Assembly (NCBI RefSeq): GCF_006345805.1 | Contig: NW_021829877.1 | Coordinates: forward strand, 1 to 44,431 | Origin: Octopus sinensis | Taxonomy: Eukaryota | Reading direction: 5' to 3' | Length of the DNA: 44,431 bases | Shown here: piece by piece, positions 1 to 13,777 of the stretch | Numbering within the stretch: the first letter of the stretch is position 1 | Layout: every line of letters starts with the position of its first letter | Notes under the pieces: model-generated | Database searches by the model: none | What the model saw: the letters and a program-made list of their open reading frames with translations, nothing else | What the model was told of the DNA's origin: nothing | Program-made: the position numbers and the translations under genes

Positions 1-214
1 TGTTTGTGTGTCTGTGTTTGTCCCCCTAGCATTGCTTGACAACCGATGCTGGTGTGTTTGCGTCCCCGTCACTTGGCGGTTCGCCAAGGGAGACCGATGG
101 AATAAGTACTGGCTTGAGGGAATGAGTCCCAGGGTCGATTTGCTCGACTTGGGGCTGTGCTCCAGCATGGCTGCAGTCAAATGACTGAAACAAGTAAGAG
201 TAAAAGATAAAGAG
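1..214 (+). mobile_element. SINE-A 3' module (cut by window start)
   Basis: Matches 21375-21594 and 7617-7835: cttgacaaccgatgctggtgtgttt...gtcgatttgctcgact...tgctccagcatggc...tgactgaaacaagta, ending in a (gagtaaa)-like tail. Confidence 0.9.
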
Positions 215-504
215 TATATATACATATGCAATATATATATATATTTAACAATTGAGGATAAAATCTTTAAAAAATATTATCAGTAGTTAGCGTGAAAAAA
301 AAAAAAAAATATATATATATATTATATATATGTTCTCTGTATGGTTGAATGTTTTTGTGTATATGACTGTATGTATGTTGTTTGTGCATTTATTTGTATT
401 CGGATATTTAAATGTTTCTCAACAACGCTTCACTTTCAGCCTGTTCAGCGTAGTACAATCCTATAAAACCCAATCCATGCAACGCTACAGTAAGATACGG
501 ATTG

Positions 505-560
505 GCTACGCTTCGCTGAAGAGCCTTCAAACTAAAGGTGAAACGCGTCCAGAGTGGTGA
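505..560 (+). ncRNA. Minimal type-I hammerhead ribozyme motif (Penelope/retrozyme-type)
   Basis: CTGAAGA at 516-522; stem II gcctt/aaggt (523-527 with 535-539); GAAA at 540-543; palindromic stem III acgcgt (543-548); GTC cleavage triplet at 547-549; stem I 6 of 7 pairs (including G-U) with one mismatch. Confidence 0.75.
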
Positions 561-1021
561 AGAATAAATAAATAATATCAGATATCATCAACAGACACGT
601 TTTTCTTCTTTCTTTTACTACATATGCGAATATACTTGAGCTGTTTAACGTTTTTAATTATTAAATACGCTTTCACCTCCATCAGTATTTGTTGATGTTG
701 CGCATCTGCATCCATTGGGAAATTTGAAAGTAAAATAAACGGCTGTCACTCGTGACATTCTTATCCTTTAACAGTGACCCATTACTACATTTTAATAATA
801 AACATCATTGCACACCTATATCACCTTTGGCTCCGTAGACTTCTATACGGCATCTATTTCATAGTTATTGCGTCAGCGACAGATAAAGGATTTGTTGGTC
901 TTCGTATGAATGGCAAAAAATAAAATATCGTTTATCACCAATAATAGTGTATAAAATAATAATGGCATGTCTGTCACCTCATCAATTTCTCTGTAGGAAT
1001 GTTTTCTACATGCTATTTTCC

Positions 1022-1022
<1 letters not shown>

Positions 1023-1115
<93 letters not shown>

Positions 1116-1137
1116 GTGTGTCCTGTCTGTCTGTCTA

Positions 1138-1184
<47 letters not shown>

Positions 1185-1238
1185 TTTGTCTATCTATCTA
1201 TCTATCGATCTATCTATCTATCTATCTATCTCTTTCTG

Positions 1239-1287
<49 letters not shown>

Positions 1288-1339
1288 GCCCTGTCTACCT
1301 GTCTACACACACACACGCATATATATACATATATATGTA

Positions 1340-1374
<35 letters not shown>

Positions 1375-1480
1375 GCACACACACACACACAAATATATAT
1401 ATACACACTCATATATAAACGTATTACATTTGTATACATATATATATGTTTGTGTGTGTATAAACGCGTACAAACACATG
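1023..1480. repeat. Compound microsatellite (TCTA)n-(TCTG)n-(TA)n-(CA)n
   Basis: Directly visible; explains overlapping low-complexity ORFs. Confidence 0.97.
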
Positions 1481-1891
1481 TACATTTACATGTGCCCGTA
1501 TTCATATGTATGTTTGGATGAGTTTGTCGTGTGTGTGTATGTGTATACATATATGGATATGTATGTGCATGTCGCTACATGCGCGCGTGTGTATATATAC
1601 ATATTAATATATGGTTATTTTCATAAGAAGCTTAATGTTATGTCCTCGTTCATATATACATAACCTTATATGTATGTAAATGTGTATAGGCATGTTTGTG
1701 TATAACTATGTATGTAATAATATAAATGGTTTTTCCTTTCATGAAACTGAAATCAGCCCCTAAAGCCATGTAGTGTACTGGGCCAGAAACCAATTTTAGA
1801 GATAAGAACAATCTAGCCGCCTCTCCCACTAACCTTCACTTCTTGGTCGGAGTTGGCTCTCTTAGATTTTACTGATAATAATATAGATATG

Positions 1892-1932
<41 letters not shown>

Positions 1933-2266
1933 ATATGTGTATATTATATACTTATACGTGTGCGCGCGTCTCTATGTATTTGTATGCACAAATAATACAT
2001 ATATGTAACATATAGGAATGTATACACATTAATAAAGATATAGATGCATACGCGTACCTACATATACGCGCATGTACTATATACAATCATACACATACAC
2101 ACACACGCACACACATACACGCACATACATATATATATATGTATACAAATATGTATATATAGGTATTTGGTAGTTATATATATATTTATATATCTCTATG
2201 TATTATATATATATATATATATATATATGTTTACACTCATACATACATGCATACATATAACCATAC

Positions 2267-2297
<31 letters not shown>

Positions 2298-2713
2298 CTA
2301 CATATATATATATACATTACTATATATATATATATATATATATGTATACATACATATATTAGTATTTGTAATAAGTGGTGTTTTGTCTAAACATCGCCGC
2401 CCTGTGTATAATGGTCGTTCAGCCCACCATCACGTCTGATCGGCCTCCTCTCTGCCCCCTCATTTCCACCTCGCGTCTTAGACACACGCCGACCAGGCAG
2501 CCAGTCGTGCGACAGCCGCAGTTCGGGACGATGCTGCAAGTGGGTGGTGGCAGGGAAAAAATGCCTCCCTCGGTATTTCGATTTTTGTTGTTGGTGTTGT
2601 TGTTACCATGTCTGGTCTTGTAATAGTAGGAGGGATGCTACTCCTGATGTTGATGATTCTGATTTTGATTCTGATAGTGGCGGTGTTATATTGTTGCCTT
2701 GGTGGTGGCTGTC

Positions 2714-2714
2714 A

Positions 2715-2746
<32 letters not shown>

Positions 2747-2769
2747 ATTGATGATGATGATGATGATAT

Positions 2770-2811
<42 letters not shown>

Positions 2812-2888
2812 CAATGATCATGATGTTGATGATGGTGATGATGATGATGATCATGATGTTGATGACGGAGATGATAATGATGATGATG

Positions 2889-2953
<65 letters not shown>

Positions 2954-3016
2954 GTGTGATGATGACGATGTGTGACGATGATGATGATGATGATGAAGAT
3001 GATAATATTGATGATG

Positions 3017-3081
<65 letters not shown>

Positions 3082-3083
3082 TG

Positions 3084-3123
<40 letters not shown>

Positions 3124-3193
3124 ATGATGTGATGATGAGATGATGATGATAATGATGATGATGATGATGAAGAATGATAATGATTGATGATGA

Positions 3194-3238
<45 letters not shown>

Positions 3239-3545
3239 GATGTTGACGATGATGATGACGGTGATAAAGATGGTGACGACGACGAAGAGGATGAGGGTGA
3301 TGACGATGACGATGACAACAGTAATGAAGATAATGATGTTGATGTGGATGACGATAATGGATGATGATGAGGTGGGGGGGGAGGAGCAGGTTGTCAATGG
3401 TGATGAGGACAATGACAGAGGTACAGATGAATGTCAATAATGGTAATGATGATGATGATGTGCTGATGACGACGACGAAGACGATGACAACGATGGCGAT
3501 GATGTTGTTGATGTTAATAATAATGATGATGACGATGATGATAGT
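2714..3545. repeat. Long degenerate (GAT)n trinucleotide array
   Basis: Directly visible; gives poly-M, poly-D, poly-H and poly-S ORFs. Confidence 0.97.
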
Positions 3546-3597
3546 GGTGTTGCTTATTTCAGAGTATATGTTTTTTTGGTTTTTTTTATTATCTTTT

Positions 3598-3906
3598 GGT
3601 GGCGCAATGGCCTAATGGTTAGGGCAGCGGACTCGCAGTCGGAGGATCGCGGTTTCGATTCCTAGACCGGGCGTTGTGTGGGTTTATTGAGCGAAAACTC
3701 CTAAAGCTCCACGACGCTCCGGCAGGGAGTGGTGGCGACCCCTGTTGTACTCTTTTGCCACAAGTTTCTCCCACTCTCTCTTCCTGTTTCTTGAGTAACG
3801 CTGCGATGGACTGGCTCTCGTCCAGCTGGGGGGGGGGAGGACACATACGCCACAGAAACCGGGAAACCGGGTCCATGAGCCTGGTTAGGCTTGAAAAGGG
3901 CGCATA
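3598..3906 (+). mobile_element. SINE-E: tRNA-Arg-like head, E core and V-SINE-like 3' domain
   Basis: A box tggcctaatgg (3608-3618) and B-box-like ggtttcgattcc (3651-3662). Head aligns with tRNA-Arg(TCG). Core shared with 13570-13766 and 16850-17032. The 3' part ctgcgatggactggc...gtccag...cacagaaaccggga resembles the V-SINE domain as I recall it. Confidence 0.85.
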
Positions 3907-4203
3907 AATTTAAAAAAATCTTTTGGCTACTTTAATACTGATGATGTTTTTGTTGTTATTCTATGATGATAATGATGATGATGGTGACAACGAGAACGAC
4001 TGTTGTGATAGCGAGGACAGTCTTGGTGCCATTTTCAAGTGGTGACATTGTGGCTGTTGTTGGTATGGTTGTTTTCTCAGCATGTGTGTTTGTTATTTTC
4101 GCTTTGTTAAGATATTCTGTCGCAGGAGAGGAGTGTTGTCTACTCGTCTGCTCAAACACTCCTTACTACTAAAATTATACACGAACAGATGCATACTCAT
4201 ACA

Positions 4204-4291
<88 letters not shown>

Positions 4292-4574
4292 GAATGAACG
4301 CTCCTAAACACATTCTCAGCAATATGTACAAGGAACATTCAATCATATGCATGCATACTGATGTGGAAATGCACACAACCAAGTAAAATAGCATTAATTG
4401 ACAGGAAGTGGATTCCACACACACGCACACATACAAATATATATATGTGCATGTGTGAAATATGCATATATATTTGCATGCACAAGAGAATGTGTGTGTC
4501 TGTATGTGTATTTATATACACAGACATATATATATGTATGTGTGTGCTGTACGCATGTATATATATATATAAAC

Positions 4575-4616
<42 letters not shown>

Positions 4617-4687
4617 GCATACATACATGCATAGACATTTATATATTAATATATATTTTGCTTGTTTGTACATACACACACACATAC

Positions 4688-4733
<46 letters not shown>

Positions 4734-5654
4734 ACTTTTACATATGCATGAGTGTGTGTGTTTGTGTGTATGTGTGTGTGTGTGTGTGGTGTGTTGTATT
4801 TAACTGTTTAGTGTTTAGCGCCCAAGAACTGCAAATATCTCACTACTTTAGTCAATTCAGATTTCTAGAATATTCTTGAAAATTCCCATTAAAATGCTCC
4901 ACCAAATCCCATTTTCTCTTAGAGTTTCATTGTACTCTTAATGCATGTTCACACTTGATCATTAACTATCATTTGTAATGTATCAAGAAGTAAAGTCCTT
5001 ATATCATGGCAGAGCCGATCGAAATTTGGCGCGTATAACCTTCTACCTGAATCCACATTTAGGGCGGCTTCCAGGATATGTAGCAGCATATTTTCATCAA
5101 AATCTTCAACTTCATCCTGCTAATGGAGTAGAACTGGTACATGCGTTTGATAAGATATTGGCTCAGTACTGTCATGTATCATATAGCCTTAAGTAAAGGT
5201 CATCCGTCGAAGAAAGAGACAAATGTTCAATGAGTGTCGAACTGGTTTGTAAAATGTTATAAGATATTGGATATTGAGAGAATTTGCTTCATTGACAGGA
5301 TAAGAGAATGCTGACAGAATCTGTAGAGAATGTTGGCACTTACGTTAATTGCAGGATTTGATATATATAATTTATCAGAAATGGTTTTAGATATTATTCC
5401 TAATGTAATGGAAATTTTCTTTGGTGAAGAAAAGTTTATCGGATGAAACAATGACGTGAATAACTTATTAACTAAATTGGTCGGTGAATATTCACCATAC
5501 TGATCAGTTCTTGAAAACAGTAGGATAATGTCACTCGGATGAAGTCGCACCTTCTCTTTTGAGTGTAATCAAGAAGTGAATTCCAAAATTGCGATAATCC
5601 CTAAGAATAATTGCTTCTGATTTAGGTGCTTGGTCACAAATGTTTAGGGGAACA

Positions 5655-5775
5655 AATCAGTCAACAACGTTGACTCCCAATTCGTGTCAGGTACCTTAAA
5701 CATTTATTCACCATGGAAATATGGAAGGTAAAGCAAATCAAAGCGGGAACTAATCTTAGGACGTAAAGTGTCAGA
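5655..5775 (-). mobile_element. Highly diverged SINE-B fragment
   Basis: ggaaggtaaagcaaatcaaagcgggaactaatcttaggacgtaaag is a degenerate version of gaaaggcaaagtcgacctcggcggaatttgaactcagaacgtaaag. Confidence 0.5.
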
Positions 5776-6010
5776 ACAAACAAGCCAAGGCATTTTGTTC
5801 GACGCTCTAACTCTTCTACCAGCGCGAATAATGCGAACAGAAACGTCAAGGTAAACTTGAGAATTTGACTGAAACTAAATATATCTGATAATTGGTCGTA
5901 GCTACGATGAGCTGTATATGTTCTAAGCTGATTAATTAGTTGGGTTCTCGAATCGACAGTGTATAATGCGTCAAACAGCGTCACCTTGTTGTCATCTTTG
6001 GGAAAACTTT

Positions 6011-6295
6011 TCATCATCATCATCATTGTTCGACCGTGGTCGAGACAATGGAATTTACCATGCTACGCCAGACTTCACGGTCCATCATGGCATTACGGAG
6101 GTCCTGTTGCTGGATGCCTGTATCCCTGGAGATTACATCAGGGTAGGAGAGTGTGCGCCCTCTGGTATTGCGAGTAGATGGCTTCCAGAGGAGAAGAGTA
6201 GAAATTACCTCTTTTTCAGCTCTACAACAATGTCCAGCAAACTGGACTCTCCTACCTTTCACAAGAGAGGACACAAAACTTTTACGTAGAATACT
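6011..6295 (-). mobile_element. RTE-clade LINE 3' end (5'-truncated) with (GAT)n tail
   Basis: ORF 6023-6274 reads RRVQFAGHCCRAEKEVISTLLLWKP...RGR...YPDVISRDTG...AMMDREVWR, the typical RTE ORF C-terminus. The stop runs directly into a short (gat)n tail. Confidence 0.85.
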
Positions 6296-7177
6296 CAGAG
6301 ACGCTGTTTTACGCTGTATACCTTTTAAAAATGGAAATTATGTTTACTGTAATTACATTGTCTACAATGTAACTAGGTAATCTTACCATATAATCTTTGT
6401 CCACAATGAAGGCATATTACATTTTCTAATCAATAGACTGTCTCCTGGTAACCTCAATGTTCCTTCTAGAAACATTGCCGGCAGCTTCAAATAGTATTGA
6501 GGTCCAACGAACTGAAAAAACTTGTAGCATGATGGCGTTTGTTTTGTGCTATTTAAACATGCAGGCGGAACCCTAAAGTGATGAAAGCCGAACTCTGACA
6601 CTGGCGTGATGCGAACTGACAGGCTGCATTGCATTTAGGCTGACAGTCTAGCATTTTTATCATTAGCGACGACATCATTATTATAAGATTATATACATAC
6701 GTACACACACATATATATATATTCCTATACATGTTTATATATATATAAGCATAAACGTAAACACACGTATGTGCGCCCGCACACACATATATACACACAC
6801 ACGAAATACACACATATATATGTAGAAAGATATACGTCCTAATTATAAGTCATAAAATACAGCTTATCTTGATTGTAGAGTACAGTTTACCGGATATATA
6901 TAAATTGTTTCTTTGCACTGCATTTCGACGGAATTTCTGCATATGAATATACATACACACATAGATACACACACACACTCATATGTATATGTATTCATAT
7001 GTATGTAAGTATATGTAAATACGGGGGTAAATGAGTGTACGTATATACATGCATATATATTTATCCATATTTTTACATATGCCTGTGTATGTATGTATAT
7101 ACATTTAAATTATTTGCTAGGTGACTAGAATACTAAGTTAATTATATTCCAATTCGAAGCGAATCTGACCACAATCC

Positions 7178-7218
<41 letters not shown>

Positions 7219-7221
<3 letters not shown>

Positions 7222-7397
7222 TAGCTTGCTTACGAACCACATGGTTCCGGGTTCAGTCCTACTGCGTGGCACTTTGGGCAAGTGTCTTCTACTAGATCCT
7301 CAGGCCGACCAAAACCTTGTGAGTGGATTTGGTAGACGGAAACTGAAAGAAGCTCGTCATATATATGAGTATATATATGTATATATATGTATATATG

Positions 7398-7470
<73 letters not shown>

Positions 7471-7472
7471 TA

Positions 7473-7514
<42 letters not shown>

Positions 7515-7555
7515 GTAGTATGTATATATATATAATATATATATATATTATATAT

Positions 7556-7606
<51 letters not shown>

Positions 7607-7835
7607 GCCGGGGTGTTTGTTTGTGTGTCTGTGTTTGTCCGCCCAACATCGCTTGACAACCGATGGCGGTGCGTTTACGTCCCAGTAATTTAGCGGTTCG
7701 GCAAGAGAGATCGATAGAATAAGTACTAAGCATCCAAAGAATAAGCCCTGGGGTCGATGTGCTCGACTAAAGGCGGTGCTCCAGCGCGGCCACAGTTAAA
7801 TGACTGAGACAAGTAAAATAGTAATGGGTAAAGAG
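7219..7835 (+). mobile_element. SINE-A, 5'-truncated, with expanded internal (TA)n
   Basis: Head and core 7219-7358 match 21200-21345, followed by about 245 bp of TA repeat and then the 3' module at 7617-7835. Confidence 0.9.
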
Positions 7836-7852
7836 ATATATACACACACACA

Positions 7853-8362
7853 TACGAGGGAGCATAAAAAATTATACGCACTCTTGTTTTTTCAATGTAT
7901 TTACACAAAAGCAGGGGATAAAAAAATACGTCATTTTTCTATATAGTCTCCTTCCTTTTCGATGCACTTGGTCCAGCTGTCCACAAGCTTGCGTACTCCT
8001 TCCAAGAAGAAGATTTTCGGTTGGTCGTGCAACCATTTGTGCACCGCTCCCTTCACATCTTCAGACGCAGGAAATGACGACCTCGTAAACCATCATTGAG
8101 CGTTCCAAAGATATGATAGTCGGAAGGGGCGAGATGTGGGCTGGGGGCAGGGTGTCCAGCACCTCAAAACCCAATCGGTTAATGGTTTGAATGGTCTGGG
8201 CGGCCGTGTGTAGACGTGCATTGTCATGGAAAAACAAAACTTACTTCGACAATAAGCTTCGGCGTTTGATGCGAATTGCTGGCTTCGGTTTGTTGGTCAG
8301 AAAAGTAGTGTATCTTGCACTGTTGATGGTACACCACTTTTCGAGAGAAATCATATTACTGC
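7853..8362 (-). mobile_element. Mariner transposon remnant, transposase C-terminal half (frameshifted) with right TIR
   Basis: Minus-strand translation: TINSARY...KPAIRIKRR..LSK*VLFFHDNARLHT...GFEVL [frameshift] HPAPSPHLAPSDYHIFG...LRGRHF...WLHDQPKIFF.EGVRKLVDSWTKCIEKEGDYIEK* (stop at 7931-7933). TA+CGAGGG terminus at 7853. Confidence 0.92.
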
Positions 8363-8685
8363 TTTTTTGTTTTTCCTTAGTACACATTGCTAGTGGAGCG
8401 ACCATGCTTACACAGTATGGCCAAAAGGAGAATGGCGTGATCAGGCTCAAAATACGACCACATGACCATAATACTACCAACTATAAGCACGCATTCACAG
8501 AAGGTAGTGTGATAATAATAAAGATATGTTATGCCATAAGGTTTTCGGTTGGTTGTGCAAACATTTACGCACCGCACTTTTGCCATAACATCTCATATAT
8601 ATATATATGTAATGAATATATTTATATAATAAATATTAGATATATATATCTGTATATACATGCCAACATACATATATACACACGT

Positions 8686-8738
<53 letters not shown>

Positions 8739-9296
8739 TATGATTATTATTATTATTATGAACGATGTAATAATACTTTACAATTTCCTACTTGTACCAA
8801 GAGATAAGAAAATATATGTGTGCACGCATATATAGGTGTGTGTGTCTGTCTGTCTGTCTGTGTACGCATATATATATTATATATATATGTGCACACACAT
8901 ATATTTTCTTGTTTCTTGGTAGAAGTAGGAAGTTGTGAAGTATCATTACATCGTTCAGAATACGAAGATGCTGTGAGTATATTTAAGTGCATTTATATAA
9001 CAGAAGACATCGTGAAACATTTAATGCAAAACAGAAGTTACCAAGTTTCGTCTCTTTCGGAGAGCAGTACATTTTCTGCTTCTACCTGCAGCAATATTAT
9101 ATGCACGCGTTTCCATACGTATATATATCTAGTTCAGTGTATGTTATGCAATAATGGTGTTTGATTTTTCCAAGACGTAAGCCATGCCCTCTAGAAATAT
9201 TCTTGGCGACATGATCAAGTGCTGTGAGTCCTTGCTCAGGCAATTTGAAAAACAAAAAATGAAGCTGTGAGTCTATATTACAGAGTATAATCAAAG

Positions 9297-9603
9297 GGAG
9301 GTGTATGGCTCAGTGAGTTCGATTTCCGGACCGGGCAGTGTGTGTGTGTTTTTTCCTTGAGCAAGTCACTTTATTTCGCTTTGCGCCACTTCTCTCAGCT
9401 GTAGAAATGAGTTGCGACATCACTGGTGCCAAATTGCATCAGCCTTTGCTTTTCCCTTGGATAACATCGGTGACGTAGAGAGAGGAGGCTGGTATGCATG
9501 GGAAACTGCTGGCCTTCCACAAACCACCTTGTCCGCACTTGTGCCTCAGGGGGGAACTTTCTAGGTGCAATTCCAGGGTCATTCATGACCCAAGGCGGTC
9601 TTT
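9297..9603 (+). mobile_element. SINE-C (CORE-like), head internally deleted
   Basis: Colinear with 37068-37400. The segment between A and B boxes is deleted at a gtg microhomology (cagtg|agttcg). Confidence 0.88.
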
Positions 9604-10253
9604 TATCAAAGGAAATCCAACTCCAGGACATCTTCATGGTGCTAATAACTGGACTGGGAGTTGAAGTGGTATTGAAAGTCAGCATTCGTATTTGTAAGTT
9701 ATATTGCAATAACAACGCAGCGACAAACTTCGTACGATCATCTGATTTGACCAAAAAATTACTGCTTGTCATGTCGAATGTTGTAAAAAGGCTCAAAAAA
9801 TGAAGTACTTAGGGACTCATAGGAGTTACGAGAAAAACAATGAACTTGCTATCAGTAGAAGTCATTGTGGACATACGGATAAATTCAATATTCTATCGCA
9901 CACACGCGCGCGCGTGCACACTCACACATAGTCAAAGGGGGCATAACTCTAATTCTCTCCTTTCTTTTTCCTTTCGTTTTCAGCAGTTCCACCTTTTACA
10001 TCTACTTTCTTTTCGCCTTTTTCGTATTTTATCTTATTCTATTGTCCTGTTTTAGCTTTCTGTGCCATGTGGGCATAGCCTGACGATTGCACTAGGCGTG
10101 TTATAATATGCTGTCTGAATCGTTTCGATTGCATGAAACTTAGTAAGCTCAATATTAAACAATATTTATCTCTCACGAGATGGAGTACCTTTTTTTGTTG
10201 ATCTTACCTTCAGGGAATAGTATATATATACACTATACTATACTATACTATAC

Positions 10254-10375
<122 letters not shown>

Positions 10376-10604
10376 GTATGCACACCATCTCATCAGATGC
10401 TAGTAGCAGAGTGTGTCTGCTCCAAACATCCGCTGAAATCGTCGTGTTCTATGCACCCACGAAACTCTAAGTCATGTGAAGCTAAGTCTTACGGAGTGTA
10501 ACCTGCACGAATGATTTGTTTTTCTTTTAGTGATCAAATGTTTGTGCTCCCTCCCTCTGTTAAATCGATATTACCTGAACAGGCAAACGGTGTATCACAT
10601 CACA

Positions 10605-10746
10605 TGTCAGGTATCGAAGTAATCTCGTAGCAAATTGAGATGAAGTGTTTTACTTAAAAACACAACGCATCACCGGGTCTAGGAATTGAAACTACGATCT
10701 GGCGATCGTGAGGGCAACATCCTAACCACTAGGCCATTCGCCCTCA
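10605..10746 (-). mobile_element. tRNA-derived SINE head and partial core, diverged
   Basis: Reverse complement shows tggcctagtggttagg (A box) and gtttcaattcc (B box), then gcgttgtgtttttaagtaaaacactt. Confidence 0.6.
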
Positions 10747-11723
10747 CTCATGGATATGTATAATTAATTATCAAGTAGACACATATGTATGCGTGAGGTA
10801 TGTGTGTGTGTGTATGAGATGTCTGCGTAAATGTTGCAATTTAATTATCTACGAAAATATATATAACTATATATGATGTTCGTAAATGCATGGACACTTG
10901 TAATATGCGTGTGCGGACGAATGAAAGAATCCATCGGTGTAATTATATGTTGGTGTGTTTGTCTGCGAATATGTGAATACGCGAATACATGTGCAATGGG
11001 TGTATATTTATTATCAATATGTAACGATGCATAAAACATTGGTAAGCTGCTATTTGGAACTTAACACACAAAGAAGTTCATCTCGTCCGCGTGTTTATCT
11101 CCCTTGCTCACTGGTGCATCTCTTTATGAGCTCTCTGTCTGTCTATATGTCTATCTATTTCCGTTTCTATCTTTCTATTTCTATCTGTCTCTTTGACTTT
11201 CTTCTTCTCTTTCGCTGTTTCTCTGTCAGTCTTTCTGTCTCTCTGTATGAATGTATGAATGTGTGTGGTTTACGTGCATGTATTTATTTATATACTTGTC
11301 CTTATCTGTGTATGCATCTATGTATTTCCATGCATATTTCTATACGTGTAAGTGCGAGATATAGTCAGCATATCTTTCTATGTATATCTGTGTTTGTGAG
11401 GTTGTATTTTTAATGGTAGTAGATGTGTTTTTTTTTTCATTTATGCTCGTTTCTTCCAGACATAAATGTATCTGTCTCTCTCTTTGTGTATAAGTATGTA
11501 GGTATGTTTGTAATGTGTCTACGAAGCTTCCTTTCTCTCTTGCTCTCTCTTTCATTTCCTTCCTTATGCAATAACAAAAAAAAATTATGGGGATTTTTCT
11601 AAGCGAAAGAATATCAAGAAAATTTCTGGTGGAAAAACCCTGCTCCAAAAAGAACTTAAAACTTCAGGTGTAGGTAATGCTAGAAATATTAACCGTATTT
11701 CATCTCATAAAAGACTCACAAAT

Positions 11724-12036
11724 GAAGGTACGTAGCTTAGCTTTTAGAATGCTCGATCTTAAGGTCATGAGTTCGATTCCCGGCGATGCATTGTGTCCTT
11801 GGGCAAGACACTTTATTTCACATTGCTCCAGTCCACTCAGCTGGCAAAATTGAGCTGTACCTGTAATTCAAAGGTCCAGACTTGTCTCACATTCTGTGTC
11901 ACAAGGAATTTTCCTGAGAACTACGTTAAGGGTACGTGTGTCTGTGACGTGCTGAGCTACTTATCAATTTCATGAGTAAGCTGTTCCGTTGATCGGATCA
12001 ACTGGAACCCTCATCGTCGAAACCGACGGAGTGCCA
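11724..12036 (+). mobile_element. SINE-D (CORE-like core and D tail)
   Basis: B box gagttcgattcc; core gtgtccttgggcaagacactttatttcac...ctcagctg; tail gaactacgttaagggtac...gttgatcggatcaactggaaccctc...accgacggagtgcc shared with 16675, 17086 and 43875 copies. Confidence 0.88.
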
Positions 12037-13569
12037 CTCACAAGCGTATTAGACGTCTCCAAGTTTTAGCAGCGCATATTCATAAAGAAAGGTCTTTTTA
12101 GTGCATTATGGCTTTTAATATGGGCCCAACTTTACATATAGAACACAACGGGATTTTTGAGATTTAAAAAAAATAAAAAGTGCATCTTATGTCATTAAGT
12201 ACGGTAATAACTCAGAGTACTTACAAGAGCCATTTTGACAATCGTACTAGTTTCTCTCTGTTACTCCTCTTTAAAATATCAAAAAGCAGTGCATGAAAGT
12301 GGAGTGTTTGGAAGTCTGTTTGAAAGCAGGCATGCTTAGCATATAATCACATGGTGAATGCTTTGAATATGGCTGTCATCAAGGAAATTTGATTTTTTTT
12401 TTGCAGTAGCAGGCACTGAAATTCTTATGGATTGACTACGAACTGTACTCGTAGTTTGGCTATTTCAGTTTGAGTGGAATAGTAACGTGTGTTCAATAAT
12501 TCGTTGACATCTCACGTAAAAGAAAATCTTCCAGGATCTCATCGAATAATTGATTGTTTTAAGCATCAGTGGCATCGCAAATGGTACCCTATGATTGGTT
12601 GCCGGTTGAACCTTAAAAAGGATAGACAACCAGATTTCTGGGTCAACATAGAGTTTTTCTTAAGAAAAGGTGTCTTGATAGTGACACTAGAGAATTAGAA
12701 TAGTTTCTTAAAAACCTCACCGAGTTATTAAGATATTTCCATCTCTCTGATGTATTTTCCGGACCACTCAAAGTAACGATTGTGAATGCGGGTAATTGTC
12801 TCAGCCACGACATCTATATGAAGACCCCCGTATTAGAAGTCTAACACGTGGTTTTCTTTACTGAGTGTGGACTGCTGAATAAGTCCCAAAGAAGTTAGCG
12901 GGAAGTATCAAATTAAGAAGGAGAAATTATTTTTTTAAATAATATCAAGTTAGAATCAGGAAACCAAATTAGAGAGATGGCAACGTACGATGTGCTGCTT
13001 GCAATTACTAATCTGGTCTAGTAGCATTTTTCAATGAGAAATAAGAGGCGTGTTGTTAGAGCTAAACAAATGATGTGAGACTTTAGGAAGCTTCGCTGAA
13101 TTCGATGACAGAGCATGTGTAAGCAACTAACACGTCATGTATCTATGTAAAAAGCATCTCTTACAATATGGTCACTATATTATGTTCAGATTCCGTTCGT
13201 GTATTGTATTTGTGCTATTTGTTTCTTGGAATAATGGTGACATAGCTTTCAGTAATACTGTTGTGGTCTTCTTCTTCTTCTTCTTCCAATCAGGACTCAC
13301 GCCATTAGCCACAAAGAATAATCTCTAATTCGAGCCTACTCTAAGCTACTAAGAATACGTGTGACAACTTGAAGATTCCTCCACCACACGCGATAGACTG
13401 GCGGTTGCTTGGGCGCGAAAGCTACGCGGTTATCCTCATTCCGTAAACGGTGGTTTTTAACGGGTGGAGAGCTGAACCATTCTGGGGTACAGAAGATTCG
13501 CAATCTAGACTAGAGTCTGAAAGTTTACCACACTATAGTGGGTTACACCATGGTTCTTCTGCTTTGTGG

Positions 13570-13766
13570 CAGAAGTAGGAAGAAAGAGTGAGAGAAAGTT
13601 GTGGTGAAAGAGTACAGCGGGGTTCACTACCTCTCCCCGCCGGAGCTACGTGGAGCTTAGGTGTTTTTCCTCAATAAACACTTACAATGCCTCCTCTGGG
13701 AATCGAAACTGCGTTCTTACGACCGCGAGTCCGCTGCCCTAACCACTGGACCATTGTGCCTCCACA
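13570..13766 (-). mobile_element. SINE-E head and core, no tail
   Basis: Reverse-complement match to 3598-3790. Confidence 0.85.
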
Positions 13767-13777
13767 CTGTTGTGGTT

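Noticed and set aside
2549-2623. Signal-peptide-like ORF end MPPSVFRFLLLVLLLPCLVL
   Set aside because: Hydrophobicity comes from a (gtt)n repeat, it is followed at once by TAA TAG, and the splice donor is poor.
4978-5550. ORFs 4978-5196 (+) and 5257-5550 (-)
   Set aside because: Short, with no recognisable motif or convincing splice context.
6387-6511. Candidate 125-nt minus-strand exon
   Set aside because: Splice sites are plausible but the peptide is unrecognised and it has no partner exon.
12060-13260. Possible decayed LINE RT
   Set aside because: Only faint motif echoes and no sustained frame.
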